In this document: positions 45,178 to 61,238 of the stretch, piece by piece
Layout of the letters: the number at the start of each line of letters is the position of its first letter
Numbering within the stretch: the stretch's first letter is position 1
Assembly: GCA_012295275.1 (NCBI GenBank)
Contig: CM022677.1
Coordinates: 24,118,001 to 24,182,000 of the forward strand
DNA length: 64,000 bases
Reading direction: 5' to 3'
Source: Chrysomallon squamiferum
Taxonomy: Eukaryota; Animalia; Mollusca
The notes under the pieces: model-generated
What the model saw: the letters and a program-made list of their open reading frames with translations, nothing else
Told to the model about the DNA's origin: nothing
Databases searched by the model: none
Made by a program: the position numbers and the translations under genes

Positions 45178-45510
45178 TACGAAGATAATGAGATTTCGTC
45201 AGACAAGAATAAAAGAAAATAAAAAAACGTTTTATTCACATGGTGATAATCTGTCGTGAATCTCGAGTTATCGGTGTAAGCCAAAACGCGACAAATTGTA
45301 GCCGGTCTGAAGTGTTTACCTTCTTATCTCGAACACGATACTACATTGTTTGAAGTGACGAAATTCAGTCTAGGAGGTGAAACACTTTTTTTTTTTTTTT
45401 TTTTTTTGAATGATGTAATTCAACAGCCTCTAATAGATGTCAGATTTAAATTTTTTTTCCTGTTACTCGATATTTTTCTTTTCTTGTTGCTTTTGTTGTT
45501 GTTGTTTTCC

Positions 45511-45545
<35 letters not shown>

Positions 45546-45883
45546 ATTAATTTGTTAGTGTTTATTTATTAATTAATTAATTAATTCTTTTATTTATTTA
45601 TTTATTTATTTATTAATTTATTTCTTTAAATGTTTGTTTATTTACTTGATTGTTTAATTAATTTAATTAGGTTGTTTGTGAAGAGTTCTGATCAAGTATG
45701 TTTTGAGAAATTATTTTTAATGAATCAGTAAATACAAATTTGAATGAATTTAAATGAGACAGTTAGTTAATAATTGTGTATTGTCAACTGCTTTTTGATT
45801 GATTTATTTGATTTGTTCCAATCAATCAATTTTCTCATAACTGATTCCTCTTTACAGTCCATCGTTTATTTATTTATTTATTT

Positions 45884-45914
<31 letters not shown>

Positions 45915-46685
45915 CATTTATTTACTTATTTATTTATTTATTTATTTACTTATTTATTTATTTATTTATTTATTCTTTCTCTGTGTCAAAATCAATTCAT
46001 TTATATATTCAACCAACCATTCATCCATCCATCTGTCCATCCAAGGTTTCCTTATTTCATTCATTCATCCATCATTCATCCACCCGTCCATCCATCCAAG
46101 CACTTCTTTCTTATCGATCAACATTCTTTCAATCGCCACAATTCCACAGTTTAATTATCAGCATCACCTGTCGAAATTAAAACTGTAAAAAAAATCACAT
46201 TAAAACTCTCTACAACACCCGCGACAATGCCTACGACGTGACATCACCTTCACGTCCCTGCTTATCATCGTAAACAGCCGCACCTGTGAGAAGAAACCCG
46301 ACATTGATTACGAAAGATCAGAAGCTATCAGACTCTGCAGCGAATATCGGTGGATTGCGGCACTTGACGATGAATGCACTTGAACGCGAACAATAGGAAA
46401 ACAAAAACCTGAATTACAAAGTCCAAGAAACTGTTACTGTTAAGGTCCCTGTTTCTGTAAATATGACCTTGAATAAAAGTCAACAAGAATAGGGGATTTA
46501 AAAAAAAAGAAAAAAGAAATAGAAATAATGTTGTTTTTCTTTGTTTTATTTTTGGCATCAGGTGATTTTTTTTTTTTTGTTGATTTTTTTGGTTGTTGTC
46601 AATAATGGATCAATAGACAGCCGGACAGATATGTAGTCAGGCAAACAGACGGACAGACAAACATCCATTGCAAACGTGCAGACTA

Positions 46686-47136
<451 letters not shown>

Positions 47137-47582
47137 GTGATCTGTCTAAATCCAGTCTGTTATCTGTTTCTCTGTAATTAATCTAATTTCGTGCTCCTAT
47201 CTCGTATCAGTATTGCCTTTCAAGAACATTGTTACCAATTTTGTAACCTTAATTCTATACAGACTGAGTCGACTTCAGTAATACACGAAGAAAGACGGAG
47301 GTCAAAGTTCAAGTGGCTGCGGATTAGATGGGTGTTGGGTTCGGTCTGATACGGGTGTGGGGTATCCGGGGTACATCTTGCTTAAGTCTTTATTAAACTG
47401 TCATGATTAGGGACAGGGTACATTTTTTTTTTTATTAAATTCAATGTTTTTTAATTAATTATTTTTCAACAGTATTTGTGTATGCAGTGTTGTTCATACT
47501 TCTGCTAGTAAAATGCAGTTACTCTGAGAATGTCTTAGTGTTTCTTCTCTCTATCTCTGTCTGTCTCTCTCTCTCTCTCTCT

Positions 47583-47672
<90 letters not shown>

Positions 47673-47744
47673 CTGTCTGTCTCTGTTTCTGTCTCTCGCT
47701 CGCTCGCTCTCTCTCTCTGTCTATCTCTCAGTCACTCTCTCTCT

Positions 47745-47823
<79 letters not shown>

Positions 47824-47913
47824 TCTCTCTCTGTCAATCTCTCTCTCAATCTATCTCTTTCTCTCTGTCTATCTCTCTCCCTCTCGCTCGCTCTCTCTCT
47901 CCCTCTCTGTCTG

Positions 47914-48007
<94 letters not shown>

Positions 48008-49605
48008 CCTCCCTCCCTCCCTCCCTCCCTCCCTCCCTCCCTCTCCCCCCCGAATATTTTCTTCAATCGTGATTATCTTCCCAGAGTAACATCTGAAGTG
48101 ACGCAAACAGTTTATAACCTGAAACAAATGTTATCGTCTTATCGCAGATTAATACGAAATCGGATAAAATTTCCAATACTCAGCTCATTCCCACGGGCAG
48201 AACCGTTTGAAACCTTCAAACAGCAAATGACCCTTCAAATTAGTGCACGCGGGAAATGTCACGCGACTTCGAGTCACAGAACAGATCACTAGTGATTAGT
48301 TCCATCGTCATCAATAGGTAGCTAGTGAGGTGTAAAGGTGGGAGCGAGAAGTGAAAGAAGAAGGAGAAAAGAAGGAGAAAGAATGAATGAAGGTGGTCGC
48401 TGTTTCCGTATTAAATTGTGTAGAAATTGAGGTTAGGATAATAAATTATTTAGATTTATAGAAAGATAAATAAATAAATAAGTAAGTAATGAAAATAAAT
48501 AAGTAAATAAATTAATAAATAAGTTAATAAATAAATAAATAAATAAATAAATAATAAAAACATATAATGAAATAAAAAAAAAATAATGATTAATTAAAAT
48601 AAATTGAAATGAGACAAAATAAAATAAAATAAAATAAAATAAAGAAAAATAATCCTTATGCACGAATGAAACCCAACAGTTAATAATTAAGTAATAACTG
48701 CACCAACGATGATACCACCACTACCAGCAACAACTACAACAACAGCAGTAGTAATACTCATATTAAAATTAATACTAACACTAATAATAATAATAATATT
48801 CATAATAATAATAATAATAATAATGATAATAGTAATAATAATAATAATAATAAAATAATAATAATAATAATAATAATAGCAATAATAAGAAACTGAAGAA
48901 TGCAAAACAGTGTAAATAAAACAAAATAAAACAAAATAAAACAAAATAAAACAAAATAAAACAAAATAAAATAAAATAAAACAAAATAAAATAAAATGAA
49001 ACAAACAATACACTTATTAAACACAGACGTCCATTTTTTTCTCATACAGCCTCCATTGTCTTTCTTCTTTATTTCTAAATCCCTCCCCGTTCACAATTGA
49101 TAACCCCGGCAGTTCAACCGTTAATCCTGTGCTTTATTAGACGCATGAAAAGAGAGGAGACATATTTACGATAATGTCAAAAAATTTCCTCACACACAAA
49201 CGGCCAACCCAGCTTCGCCACGGCAAAATCATCTAGATTCGCAGATAACCACAACCCGGGCTATTCCGCTCTTCTGTTCGTGGCTTTTCATCCGTCTAGC
49301 AGGATTCATAACCATTTGCAGTGAAATAAAAAAAAATAACAGCGATGGGGGAGAGATAAAAAAGGCCCTGGGTGTCGGTTGTATTGTATTGTGATGTTTC
49401 GTTTCGGGGCATAGGGTGTTTGTTGTTTCTCTGAGGACAAGGGTGATTTCGGGTGATTTCGGAAACTGTTTGTGGTTAGGTTTGACGTTCTGGGTGTTTA
49501 TTCGCAGACTGGTTACTGTAGCGAGTGGAGCTGCACGACGGATGAAAGGACGGGAGTTTTGTGTGAGATATACACAGAAAGAGAGAGAGAAGGGGGGGAG
49601 GAGAG

Positions 49606-49653
<48 letters not shown>

Positions 49654-49673
49654 GAGGGAGAGAGAGAGAGAGA

Positions 49674-49751
<78 letters not shown>

Positions 49752-50035
49752 AAACCACACAGACACACATATATGCACATATTATTAGAACTCTATTCTC
49801 ATTTTCTTATATATATATATATATATATATATTATGTACATGAACTCTCTCACTCACTCTCTTTTTATTTCTCTTTTTGTATGTCTGTCTCTGACTTTGC
49901 TTTCTGTCTCTTCTTCTGGGTATCTTTCTCTCTATCTTTGTGTCTTTCTGTCTCTCTCTCTGTCTCTCTGTCTTTCTGTCTCTCTCTCTATATATATATA
50001 TATATCTGTCTCTCTATTTGTGTGTCTTTCTGTTT

Positions 50036-50183
<148 letters not shown>

Positions 50184-50722
50184 CTCTGTCACCCGGAGGA
50201 TAGAAACAGCAACAACGGGTTACCCGTATCGTAAACAACACTGAACGGAGTCTAGTCAGAGCTGAATTAGCTTAGCTTGACGTTTGCAAACAGGACATAA
50301 AACATCTCTCATTACACGTGTCTGATTTCTCAATTAAACTTCTCGTCTTTCTACACTGGCGCTGGTGGGTGCCCGGCCGTGATTCTCAGATCCTCAGTCA
50401 GCTGTAAAATAGAAGCAGGCGTTACCCGTTTATGTACCCCTATTCATCTTCTGTGTCGTGCTTTCCTCCACGACTTTGAAACGTAGGAAGATATTTTGTT
50501 GTCTTTTTGTTCTCTTTTGTTTCTCGTCCGCTTCAAATTTTCTGCTTATTAATTATCTCTGTGGTGGGTTTTGTCATCATCATCATCATCTCTTTTATCT
50601 TCTTGTTGGTCTTCTTGAACTATTAATAATTACAACAGCGAAAACAACAACAACTGCTACTAGTATTACCATTACTACTGCCACAGTGTCACTGCTACTT
50701 CCAGTATCATCACAGCCACTAT

Positions 50723-50763
<41 letters not shown>

Positions 50764-50958
50764 TTACTACTGTTTCTACTATTATTACTACTACTGCTAC
50801 TACCACTGCAACTTCTACTACAGTAATTATTACATTTATTTCTTCTCTGATTCTACTATTCTACTAGTGCAATTGCAAAAGCCTCGACGACACCACCACC
50901 ACCATTACTCCTACAACTACCACTACTAATACTACTACCACTACTACTACCACTACTA

Positions 50959-50989
<31 letters not shown>

Positions 50990-50991
50990 CA

Positions 50992-51031
<40 letters not shown>

Positions 51032-51362
51032 CACTACTACTACAACTACCACTACTACTACTACCACCACTACCACTACTACTACAACTCCCATTACGCT
51101 TTCTTCTTAGTCTTGTCTTACTTAGCGTGTTTTCAGTTTGTTTACTGCAAACAAAACAAAACAAAACAAAACAAAAACAAAACACTTTGATATTTCAACA
51201 AGTTTCGCTTCGTCCTGCTGTTAATGCTTGTCTTTCTAGGATTTCAAAGTGCTGTCTCAGTCCAGACACTTTGCCTTCGTAAATTAAAGAGTTTACGTCT
51301 GATAATGACAGCAACAACTAGCCGTATCCCTAACCACTGTGTTTTTATTATAGAGGGGAATA

Positions 51363-51411
<49 letters not shown>

Positions 51412-52390
51412 AGACTAATAAAAAAGAAGGAAGAAAGAAAGAAAGAAAAAAAGAAGAAGAAAAAAAAAATGTATATTCAAGATCTTTTATCTACCCCCCA
51501 GAGCGATCAGTATATTGTAAAAGAAAACATACATCACGCGGGTAACAAATAAAACTCGACTGTCAAGTAACGGTAACCACACAGCGCTACTATGAGAACA
51601 AAAGACGTCACAACAAAAAAAAAAAAAACATAACGGGACTCGGAATACGAAGGGAAGCAACTCTAGCGTGACCAACTTTAGCCCACCTACCCCTCGCAGT
51701 CTGGCGAGAGAAGAAGAAGAAGAAGAAGAAGACACTGCGAAGCTATTAGACTCAGAGGGTGTACGTACGAGGGCGAAATAATAGGGCTTCGTTTATTCGA
51801 AATCTTTCTTTAGAAACAAAAAAATGAAGATGCCAAAAGAAAACTGATTGTTTGGCCGGGAGCGCACAAAAGAAGGGAGGGAACAAAACACGCGAATAGC
51901 CGTAATGGGGTAATGAGGACAGCCATGGTGAGACGGAGAAAGAAGCCCGGCAGGAGTTGAATGATATATTTATTTTTATTTATTGAAGTACTGCAAACAA
52001 ACGATAACATCAACAGCAACAACGGCATCGACATCATCCGGAGATAATGGTTGTAGTTGTTGTTTTGTTCGCTCGTGTGTAGCTGACTGTTAGTCACTGA
52101 ACTGTGTCGGTAATGATTAAACAAAATTGAAAATATTGTCATCGTCTCGTGTCTTTCAGTCTGTTCTGTCTGTCTGTCTGTCCGTACGCGCACCTGTCTT
52201 TGTACACGTAGAAGTGCGAGTGTGTGTGTCTGTGTGTGTGTGTCTGTGTGTGTGTGTTCATGTGTGTGCATGTGTGTGTATGTGCGCGTGTGTTAAACAT
52301 TCAGTATCAGTAATCTTACATTTGATATTAAACCTGAACGGGCATAAATTAAATGTATTCATCTGTTTGCATGTTTTTCTGTTTGTCCAT

Positions 52391-52480
<90 letters not shown>

Positions 52481-52899
52481 CACACACACGCACACATATA
52501 TTCATGCACTGGTGATCCTTATTATTTTAATTTATTTATTTTCGCCATCTTTCTCTTAATTTGATTTTATTTCTAACAAAGCATACATCGAGTATACGAA
52601 CTCAGCTACACCAAATCATCACGTGACCTGAACACAACGTTAGATTGCTGTAGGTTCCGTTATGCTGCTGTAGCTTCTGCTTTCTGGGACGTCGTCCCCT
52701 GCTGCGAAGGCGGGGTCCATGCAGGTGTCTGGGCGTTACAGCGTCTACGGTGCTTACGTCGCGACAATAAGAAGGGAACAAGAAAACAAATATCATACAA
52801 CAGCAACGCTATGCAAGACAAGATCACTGACTTCTAAGGGGCTGTTCATAAAACATTAGCCCATCCTAGGACAGTGTAGTTTAACAAGATAAATGTTCT

Positions 52900-54340
52900 T
52901 TTAGCGTAGCATTAGCGGTTGTAGTAGCAACAATAGTAATCGTTGCAGTAGTAGCTGGTGTTGTTTTTGTAACGGTAGTAGTAGTAGTTGTTGTTGTCGT
53001 GGTGGTGGTGGTGGTAGAAATAGTAGTATTTGTATGTGTAAAAATCAGTTGTCTTACTCGTTGTGCTGGTAGAAGTAGTATTGTATACTAATGATAATAT
53101 AAGTCGTAGTATTTGTAATATTAGTAGAAAAGTGGTAATAGTAATAGTACAAATAGTAGTAGTAATAGTGCAAATATTAGCAGCAAAAGTAGAAGTAGTA
53201 ATAATAGTAACACTAGTATTAATAATAGGATTAATAAGAGTATTTGCAGAAATAATAGTAGTAATAGTAAATGCAATAGTAGTACTAGAAATAGTGTTAA
53301 GAGTAGTACTGGTTGTAGTTTTTGAAGTAATAATACTTTTAAACGTAGTAGTAACAACAATAGTAATAACAGCAGTAGTAACAGAAGTGATGTGATAGTA
53401 AAAGTAACAGTAGTACCAATAGCGGTAGTTTCAGTAATAGTAGTAGTAATAGTTGTAGTAGTAGTAGCAGTTTATTGGTGGTAGGAGTGGTAAAAAGAAT
53501 TGATGTGACAATGATTGTTGCATAGTCGCAACTCTAACAGTAATTGTACTAGCAATAGTAGTAATAGTGTTCGTGTAATTAAGATATATTGTAATAGTTC
53601 TGTAGTAGTTATAGTAAAAGCAGCAGCAGTAGTAGTAGTAGTAGTAGTAGTAGTAGCAGCAGCAGTAATAGGAATAATGGTTGTAATGGCACTACCAAAC
53701 ATAATAGTAGAGGTAGCATAGTATCAGAAAGTAGTACTATTTGTTAGTAGTACCAGAAATGGTGGTAGTATTAGTGTTAATAATAGTAGTAATAGAAATA
53801 GTAGAAGTAGTAGTAGTAATAGTAGTTAGTAGTAGTAGTAATAATACTAATAATAATAGTAAAAGTAGTAAATAGTTAGTAGCAGTAGTAGTAGTAGTAG
53901 TAGTAGTAGTAGCAGTAGTAATCGTAGAAGTAGTACTAGTAGTAGCAATAATAGTAGTAGTAGTAGTAAACTAGTAATAGTAGAAGTAATAGTAATAGTA
54001 CCAGAAATTGTGGTATATTAGTAGTAGTAGCAGTAGTAATAGTAGTAACAGTAGTACTAGTAGTAATAATAATAGTAATAGTAGCAGTAGTAATAGTAGT
54101 ACTAGTAGTAGTACTAGTAGTTGTAGTAGCAGCAGTAATAATAATAGTAGTAGTAGCAGTAGTAATAGTAGTAATAATAGAAGTAGTACTATAGTAGTAG
54201 CAGTAGTAATCGTAGAAGTAGTACTAGCAGTAGTAATAGTAATAGTAGTACTAGTAGTAGTAATAATAGTAGTAGTAGTAGCAGTAGTAGTAGCAGTAGT
54301 AATCGTAGAAGTAGTACTACTACTAGTAGTAGTAATAGCA
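52900..54340. repeat. Degenerate (AGT)n low-complexity tract
   Basis: ~1.4 kb of imperfect AGT/AAT/AGC triplets. Confidence 0.9.
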
Positions 54341-55239
54341 GCCCGGACCTGATACTTGTTTTTCTTGATCGGTCCCTTCACACCCGAGACCCTCGCAGGT
54401 AACGGAACGGCACGAAGCACAAAGACGGGAGCTAACGGTACTTGTCGTTTGTTTTATGGCGAATCGGTGAGCCGCGACGGGTTCATTACCACCCGACAAT
54501 GGGTGCTAAAACGTCGTCGGGTAACTGGAGATGTTGACGGGGTGGATGGGCACGTTTACCTCCTGGATATCAAACTGCATTAAAATTAAGCGAATTTTTC
54601 AAGGTGACACCACGAGTATTTTAATATTTGTGTGTGTTAGTTTACGAAAGTACGTACGTCCATATATATATATATATGTGTGTGTGTGTTTATGTGTGTT
54701 GTGTATCTGTTCTTTCATGTGTTTATAAGGTGTCTATGTATCTAATCTATCTATCCGTATATCTGTATATCTATCTACCTATCTATCTATCTTTAATATA
54801 TTGTAAACATATTTCTGAATGTTTGACTAATTGCAGATGTCTGAGGAAATTAACATTAAAATTTAATTTTATTTGCATTTTGTTTTTTCGATAATTTTTT
54901 TTTTCCTTTGTTTTTCTTTTTCACCGTTCGTTCTTTCTTTAATTTCTTCTTCTTTTTTTTTTTTTTCTTCTTTTTTTCCCTGGCGTTCTTTCTTTCGCTC
55001 CTTTTTTCTTTATTTCTTGCTTCATTCTTTGGTATTCTGTGAGTTGTAAGCTTTTATCTGTGTTTTTTCTTTGTTTCTTTCATGTTTAACTCGTGTTTCT
55101 GAGGTCGGATCCTGGTTTCATATGCGTGGGTAGACAGGACTTTGTAACGTGTGGATCCGACACCAAACAATCTTTTTTTTAACTGTTTAATTTGTTATCT
55201 TTTCTGTTGTGTTCGTATTTTGTTCGTCATAACGTTTGT

Positions 55240-55334
<95 letters not shown>

Positions 55335-56031
55335 TACACACACACACAAACACACACACACACACATATAATTTGAAGTGTATGTGTTGGTGTGACACCA
55401 TTTGTGCACGTGCCTGATATATATATATACACACACACACACAATTTGTTTTTGTTTTTTCATTTTCTTTTAAAACTAATAATCTGTGAACCTTTTGAAA
55501 ATAAGTTTTTCAATTTCGAATTCTTCACTGGACTTGAACTTCTTTTATTTTATTATTTTTTTTTTCTTCTTAAAATGAAAAGATTTTGTTTTTCTTTTTT
55601 CTCTATTTTTATATTTTCCCAATCTAGCGGAGTGCATCGGAGAAGCTATTGAAAGAAATTTGTTCTGTACAGGTAAACCTCGTAGGTAGACAGGTGCGAA
55701 TTCCTTTGTTCTTCCCATTAATAACAGGTCTTTTATTAAAACGGGTGACACCTTTTTAAAGCATCTTAAATAATGGGAGATGGGGGGGGCTAAGGGTACA
55801 TGTCCTGCGTTATAATAAGTAGACGTTAGTTGTGTGTAACATATTAATAGTATGTAGCATAGTGCTATTGTGTGTCAGGTCATTCGTAAAGTACACACTG
55901 CGGTTTCCGACCGTGTGTAAGTTTGACGTTTCTAAAATCAGTGTAGAATTTATTTACGCACAGGGTTAAAAAAGACTTAGGAGACAATTTTCAAAATTAT
56001 CTTTCGACCTGTCTTTGTAATAGTACCACTG

Positions 56032-56091
<60 letters not shown>

Positions 56092-56331
56092 ATAGCAGTT
56101 GTGGTAGTAGTTGGAGTAGTATTGGTTGTAGTAGTAGTAGCAGTAGCAGTAGTAGTTGTAGATGCCGTAGTAGTTGTAGTAGTAGTAATAGTATTGATAT
56201 TAATTTTAGTAATAGTAATCGTTAGTAATTTTAGTAATAGTAATCGTTAGTAATAGTAAGCAGCATTAGTAACAGAAGTGATATTAGTAGTGTTTGTAGT
56301 AGTAGTTATTGTCGTAGTAGCAGTCGTAGTA

Positions 56332-56375
<44 letters not shown>

Positions 56376-56406
56376 ATCATCTCGTGCATAATATAACTAT
56401 GGACAT

Positions 56407-56455
<49 letters not shown>

Positions 56456-57598
56456 CTGGAAAGGTAAAACAAATATCAGTTTCCATTCCATTCTAATCAT
56501 CTGACACACTAACACTAACAATGTTCTGGGCTGACAGCTCAGGTTTCTAGTTTGTTTTCGCAGAGCAGGCGTGCTTTACAAATTGTTAAAAAAAAAAAAA
56601 AAAATTGTAAAATAAAAAAAAAAAAAAAAAAAATCATAAAAGTGTTGAAGCGAGACCAATAACGAATGATGGCTGCCGAGAGGAGAAAACAAATGGGAGC
56701 ACGCGGCGTTATAGTGCGCAGAATCACCTTTCCTGCTGTGACGTGTCCGATTCGCCGTCACGTGCAGCGAAATTGATCAGCAGCGCGAGCGAACATGCAG
56801 CTACATGATTGGCTCATTACGTCGCTGTTTATTTCGACGTTTGGAAAGCGAGACTGGTCTCACGTTGGCTTTTTTTTTCTCCTATAGCCACGCTTGTCGT
56901 TTCCAGCCAGGCGTAGCAAAGGAAGAGAAGTCGGTTTAGTTGTTTAATGCGACGCTGTAAACTGATAACCAGTCGCGTTCGACAAATGAAGTGTATTTTT
57001 ATGACGTAATTTGTACAAACCACTGACTTTAACAGTCACTGGATATGCTGAATGGTTGATTTTTTTTTCTTTTCTCAAAACTTTATTATTTTTTTTTTTT
57101 TAGTTATTTATTATTTTATGAATATCTTCATTCCTTCCTACTTTTATGATCAATTTTGAATTTTATACAACCTATAAGTTTTTGTTTTTTATAAACTTTT
57201 GAAATTTTAAACTATTTAATTTTATATAAATAATTTCAGTTTCTTTTGAGCTGGGCGGTCGTTAACAACTTATTCGTTCTTTACTTCTTGTTTACGTAAT
57301 CTGCTTGTTTCATTATTTCTTTCATTTCTTTTCTCCAATGTTTTATTATTTCTCTTTCTTTATTCTATCAGCGTGTCTTTTCTCTTTTAATTTGTTTCTG
57401 TCGCTAAATTGCTGGGTTTTATTTTTTTTTTTTTTTTTTTGTTTTTTAACAAACGAAATGTTACTAACTTAGTTACGTATTTTCTTCTATGCATAATTTA
57501 TTTCTACCTTTTTTTTCTGTGTTTCCTTCATTTCTTGGCTTATTTTAAATTTAAACATGTCTGTCTCGCTATTTGTGTCTGTGTTTTTCTCCATAATT

Positions 57599-57708
<110 letters not shown>

Positions 57709-58748
57709 TCTCTCTCTCTTGTATTTGTCACCATATACATATACATATACATATATATATATATATATATATACGCTGTGTATGTATGTTTGGCTCTGTT
57801 TCATTAAGCAAAACAACTAGAGATCTATTTTATTTACATTTTTGTAAATTTATTTACGTGTCCTTGAAAAAGAAAAACAACAGAATCACCTTTCACCTAA
57901 TTTCATATATTTTTTCACAAGGGTATTCTTTCTGACCGACCTTCACAAACTGGTGATAAGGAAATAATTACTGTCTATCTGTACATTTCTTAAAATCTCT
58001 TCTTCATCGCTGATATTCTCAAAGATTTGTTTTCGTAAATTGTCATGGGTCAGTCCAGGGCGTGTCCATTAACCCCCCATAAAAATACGTCACCACGACT
58101 CACCTTTCCTGTCAGTCAAATTTTTTTTATATAATCATTCTTTCTAAATTTTATTTTACATTACATTACATTACATTACATTTCATGAGTAATGAAATTA
58201 ATTGCATCATATTTAACCTTTTTTTTTTTTTGTGATTCTGCCTTCGCCCATGTTTTAGATTCGTACACAGTATCTCAGTGTTACTGATAACGAAAACTAA
58301 AAACAAACACGTGAGAAATCGTCATCGAAAGAAATCCTAATCGAGATGGAGAGCGGGGTCTTTGATGGGGGGGGAGTGCCGGCCAAGCACGAACCCTAAA
58401 CGGGCGGGGTGGTTCTTTGCAGGCCAGTATTCCTCATAATGGTGTCCGGCAGTTCTGGACACTACAGAGAATTGTGGAAGACCTTAGTGCCGCAAATAAT
58501 AAAAACTGATGAGACCTTCTGACGTAAAAATTGAATAGTAAAAAATAAATAGACTAGATAGTGTTATACAGACATAGCCAGGCAGAGAGATAGTTATAGA
58601 GATAAACAGAAATACAGACAGAAAGACAGACAGACAGATGGGTAGAGAGATGAACATATACCTACATAGACCGATAGTGTGAAGGTAGGTATGAAGGTAG
58701 ATATAATTAACTTAATACAGATCCATAGCATATAAAAAGATGCAAAGC

Positions 58749-58796
<48 letters not shown>

Positions 58797-58797
58797 C

Positions 58798-58831
<34 letters not shown>

Positions 58832-59400
58832 TGATGATGATGATGATGATGATAACAATAACAATAATAATAATGATGGTGATGATGATGACGATATTTG
58901 CAAGAACAAAATGCTTGATACGGCTGTTATTACTAATAAATAACTGTCCATAATCAGGGATAATCGATGCGGCAGATATATAACAATGCTTACACATGAA
59001 TTGATACAAAATACTTTTGTTCACATGGACCAGTACACAATATTCACAACAACTTGTAGTTAACGCAAACAGTCTTGTCGTAATTAACATAACCTCTCTA
59101 GAAAGGTCGTTAGACCCGCCCCTGAATGTGACGTAGAAAACAACATTCGTGCTGAAAAAGAGACGATTGAAATCGATGGCCGCCATTTTTTGTGCTATCA
59201 GAGAAAGAAATCAGTTGTGGGTATCACCGGCGGTGTCATGCGACAAATTGTTCCTCGTGAAGAAAAGACCGGTCACGCACGTTTGTTTATTTGAAAGTGA
59301 AAAGATTATGTGACCTTTCTTTTTTATTGTACGTGCACGAATAATATACAGTTAATAATGTGTTTTAGCAAGAGATCTAGAAAAAAGGGAGGGAGGGAGG

Positions 59401-59586
<186 letters not shown>

Positions 59587-59743
59587 TCATTAACTAGTAA
59601 GAAATATCGTGTATAAAGCTAGGGTTTCATGTATGTTAGAAAGTTAATGATATATTAATGTATCTATCCATAATTACATACTCTCATACACACACACAAA
59701 CGCACCGAGTGAAAGATTGATGAATAGAAACAGAGAGAGTTAG

Positions 59744-59851
<108 letters not shown>

Positions 59852-60209
59852 GGAGAACAGACAGTCTAGTTGTCTGTACTTGCTCAGATATTATTTTTCT
59901 GCCTGCGATCACTGAATTATTCAAATGATGTAATGAGAGCAGGGAGTACAAGTTATTTAAATGGCAGGGTAAATACAACAACATAAATTACATGCAGTTT
60001 AAGTGGGTGTGTCACTTATTAGCTTTTCTTTAAAAATATAAAATACACGATTTTCCGACCTACCCGATCTGTCTAGGGTGGAGAACAGTCTTTTATATCA
60101 TTCTGTTTGTTTTAGGGTTCTATATATATATATATATAAAACATTTTTCTCTCTCTGTCTATCTCTCTCTCTCTCTCTCTGTCTGTCTGTCTCTCTGTCT
60201 CTCAATCTC

Positions 60210-60316
<107 letters not shown>

Positions 60317-60770
60317 CTCTCTCTTTCTCCCTCTATTCCTCTCTGAAAATCTTTCTTTCTCTTTCTCTCTTTATCTCTCTCTCACTCCCTCTACATTTAT
60401 TTTTTATTTTTTTGTTATTAATTTCTGTTTTGTAATATTTTATTGCTTTTCATTTCTTCTTCTTCTTCATCTCAAAAGTAGTAGTAGATATGGTGCTAGT
60501 AGTTGTAATTATAGTAGTAATAGTAGTATAGTAGTAGTAGTACTAGTAGCAATTGCAGTAGTAACGGTGTTGATAGTAGTAGTTGCAGTAGTGTTGTTCT
60601 TTGTTGTTACTGTAGTAGTACTAAATATTCCTTTGAACCTCTGTTTCACGCCCTGAGGGTTCATGCACGCTTGTTATGTTCACTGAGAATACATTAACGA
60701 GTTAATTGTTTACAGAAACAGATGAACAACTTCATGAAAATCTTTACCACGTCTCGTTACATAACCCACG

Positions 60771-60925
60771 GAGATAATCCGCGATAATCCGGGATAATCC
60801 TGCATGCATGTAATATTTACTTTACACAATCAACAATATTTGTGTTAAATTAATACACTGGATTATCGCCTGTAGATCTTGACGCAACTGTGAGATAATC
60901 CGAGATAATTTTATTACCTTAATCC
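60771..60925 (+). promoter_or_regulatory. Second TAATCC cluster (GATAATCC x3 at 10-bp period + 3 more sites)
   Basis: gagataatcc gcgataatcc gggataatcc at 60771-60800; GGATTATC at 60860; GATAATCC at 60894; TAATCC at 60920. Confidence 0.4.
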
Positions 60926-61198
60926 TATAATACTGATTCCCAGCATTAAAACTTTACAGTTTATGAGAATGTCACTCATTGAAGGTTTTGTCCATTCTGA
61001 TGTTTTTGAATTTCTCAGATTACGATTTTGACTGTTACTGAATGTTTTGTTATTGCTCTTAAGTTAATTAAAAATGTACTCGTTGTGGTTAAAAATAAAC
61101 AGTTTAACGAGATTTTTCTTTTTACATGTTTGTCTCTGTTTTCTTACAGCCATGTTGTAATTCTGTTGATTTTTGATGACCAGTCATTGCTCATAAAA

Positions 61199-61238
<40 letters not shown>

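Noticed and set aside
52835-52865. TAA-GGGGCTGTTCATAAAAC resembling a MITE terminal inverted repeat
   Set aside because: I found no matching opposite terminus or second target-site duplication.
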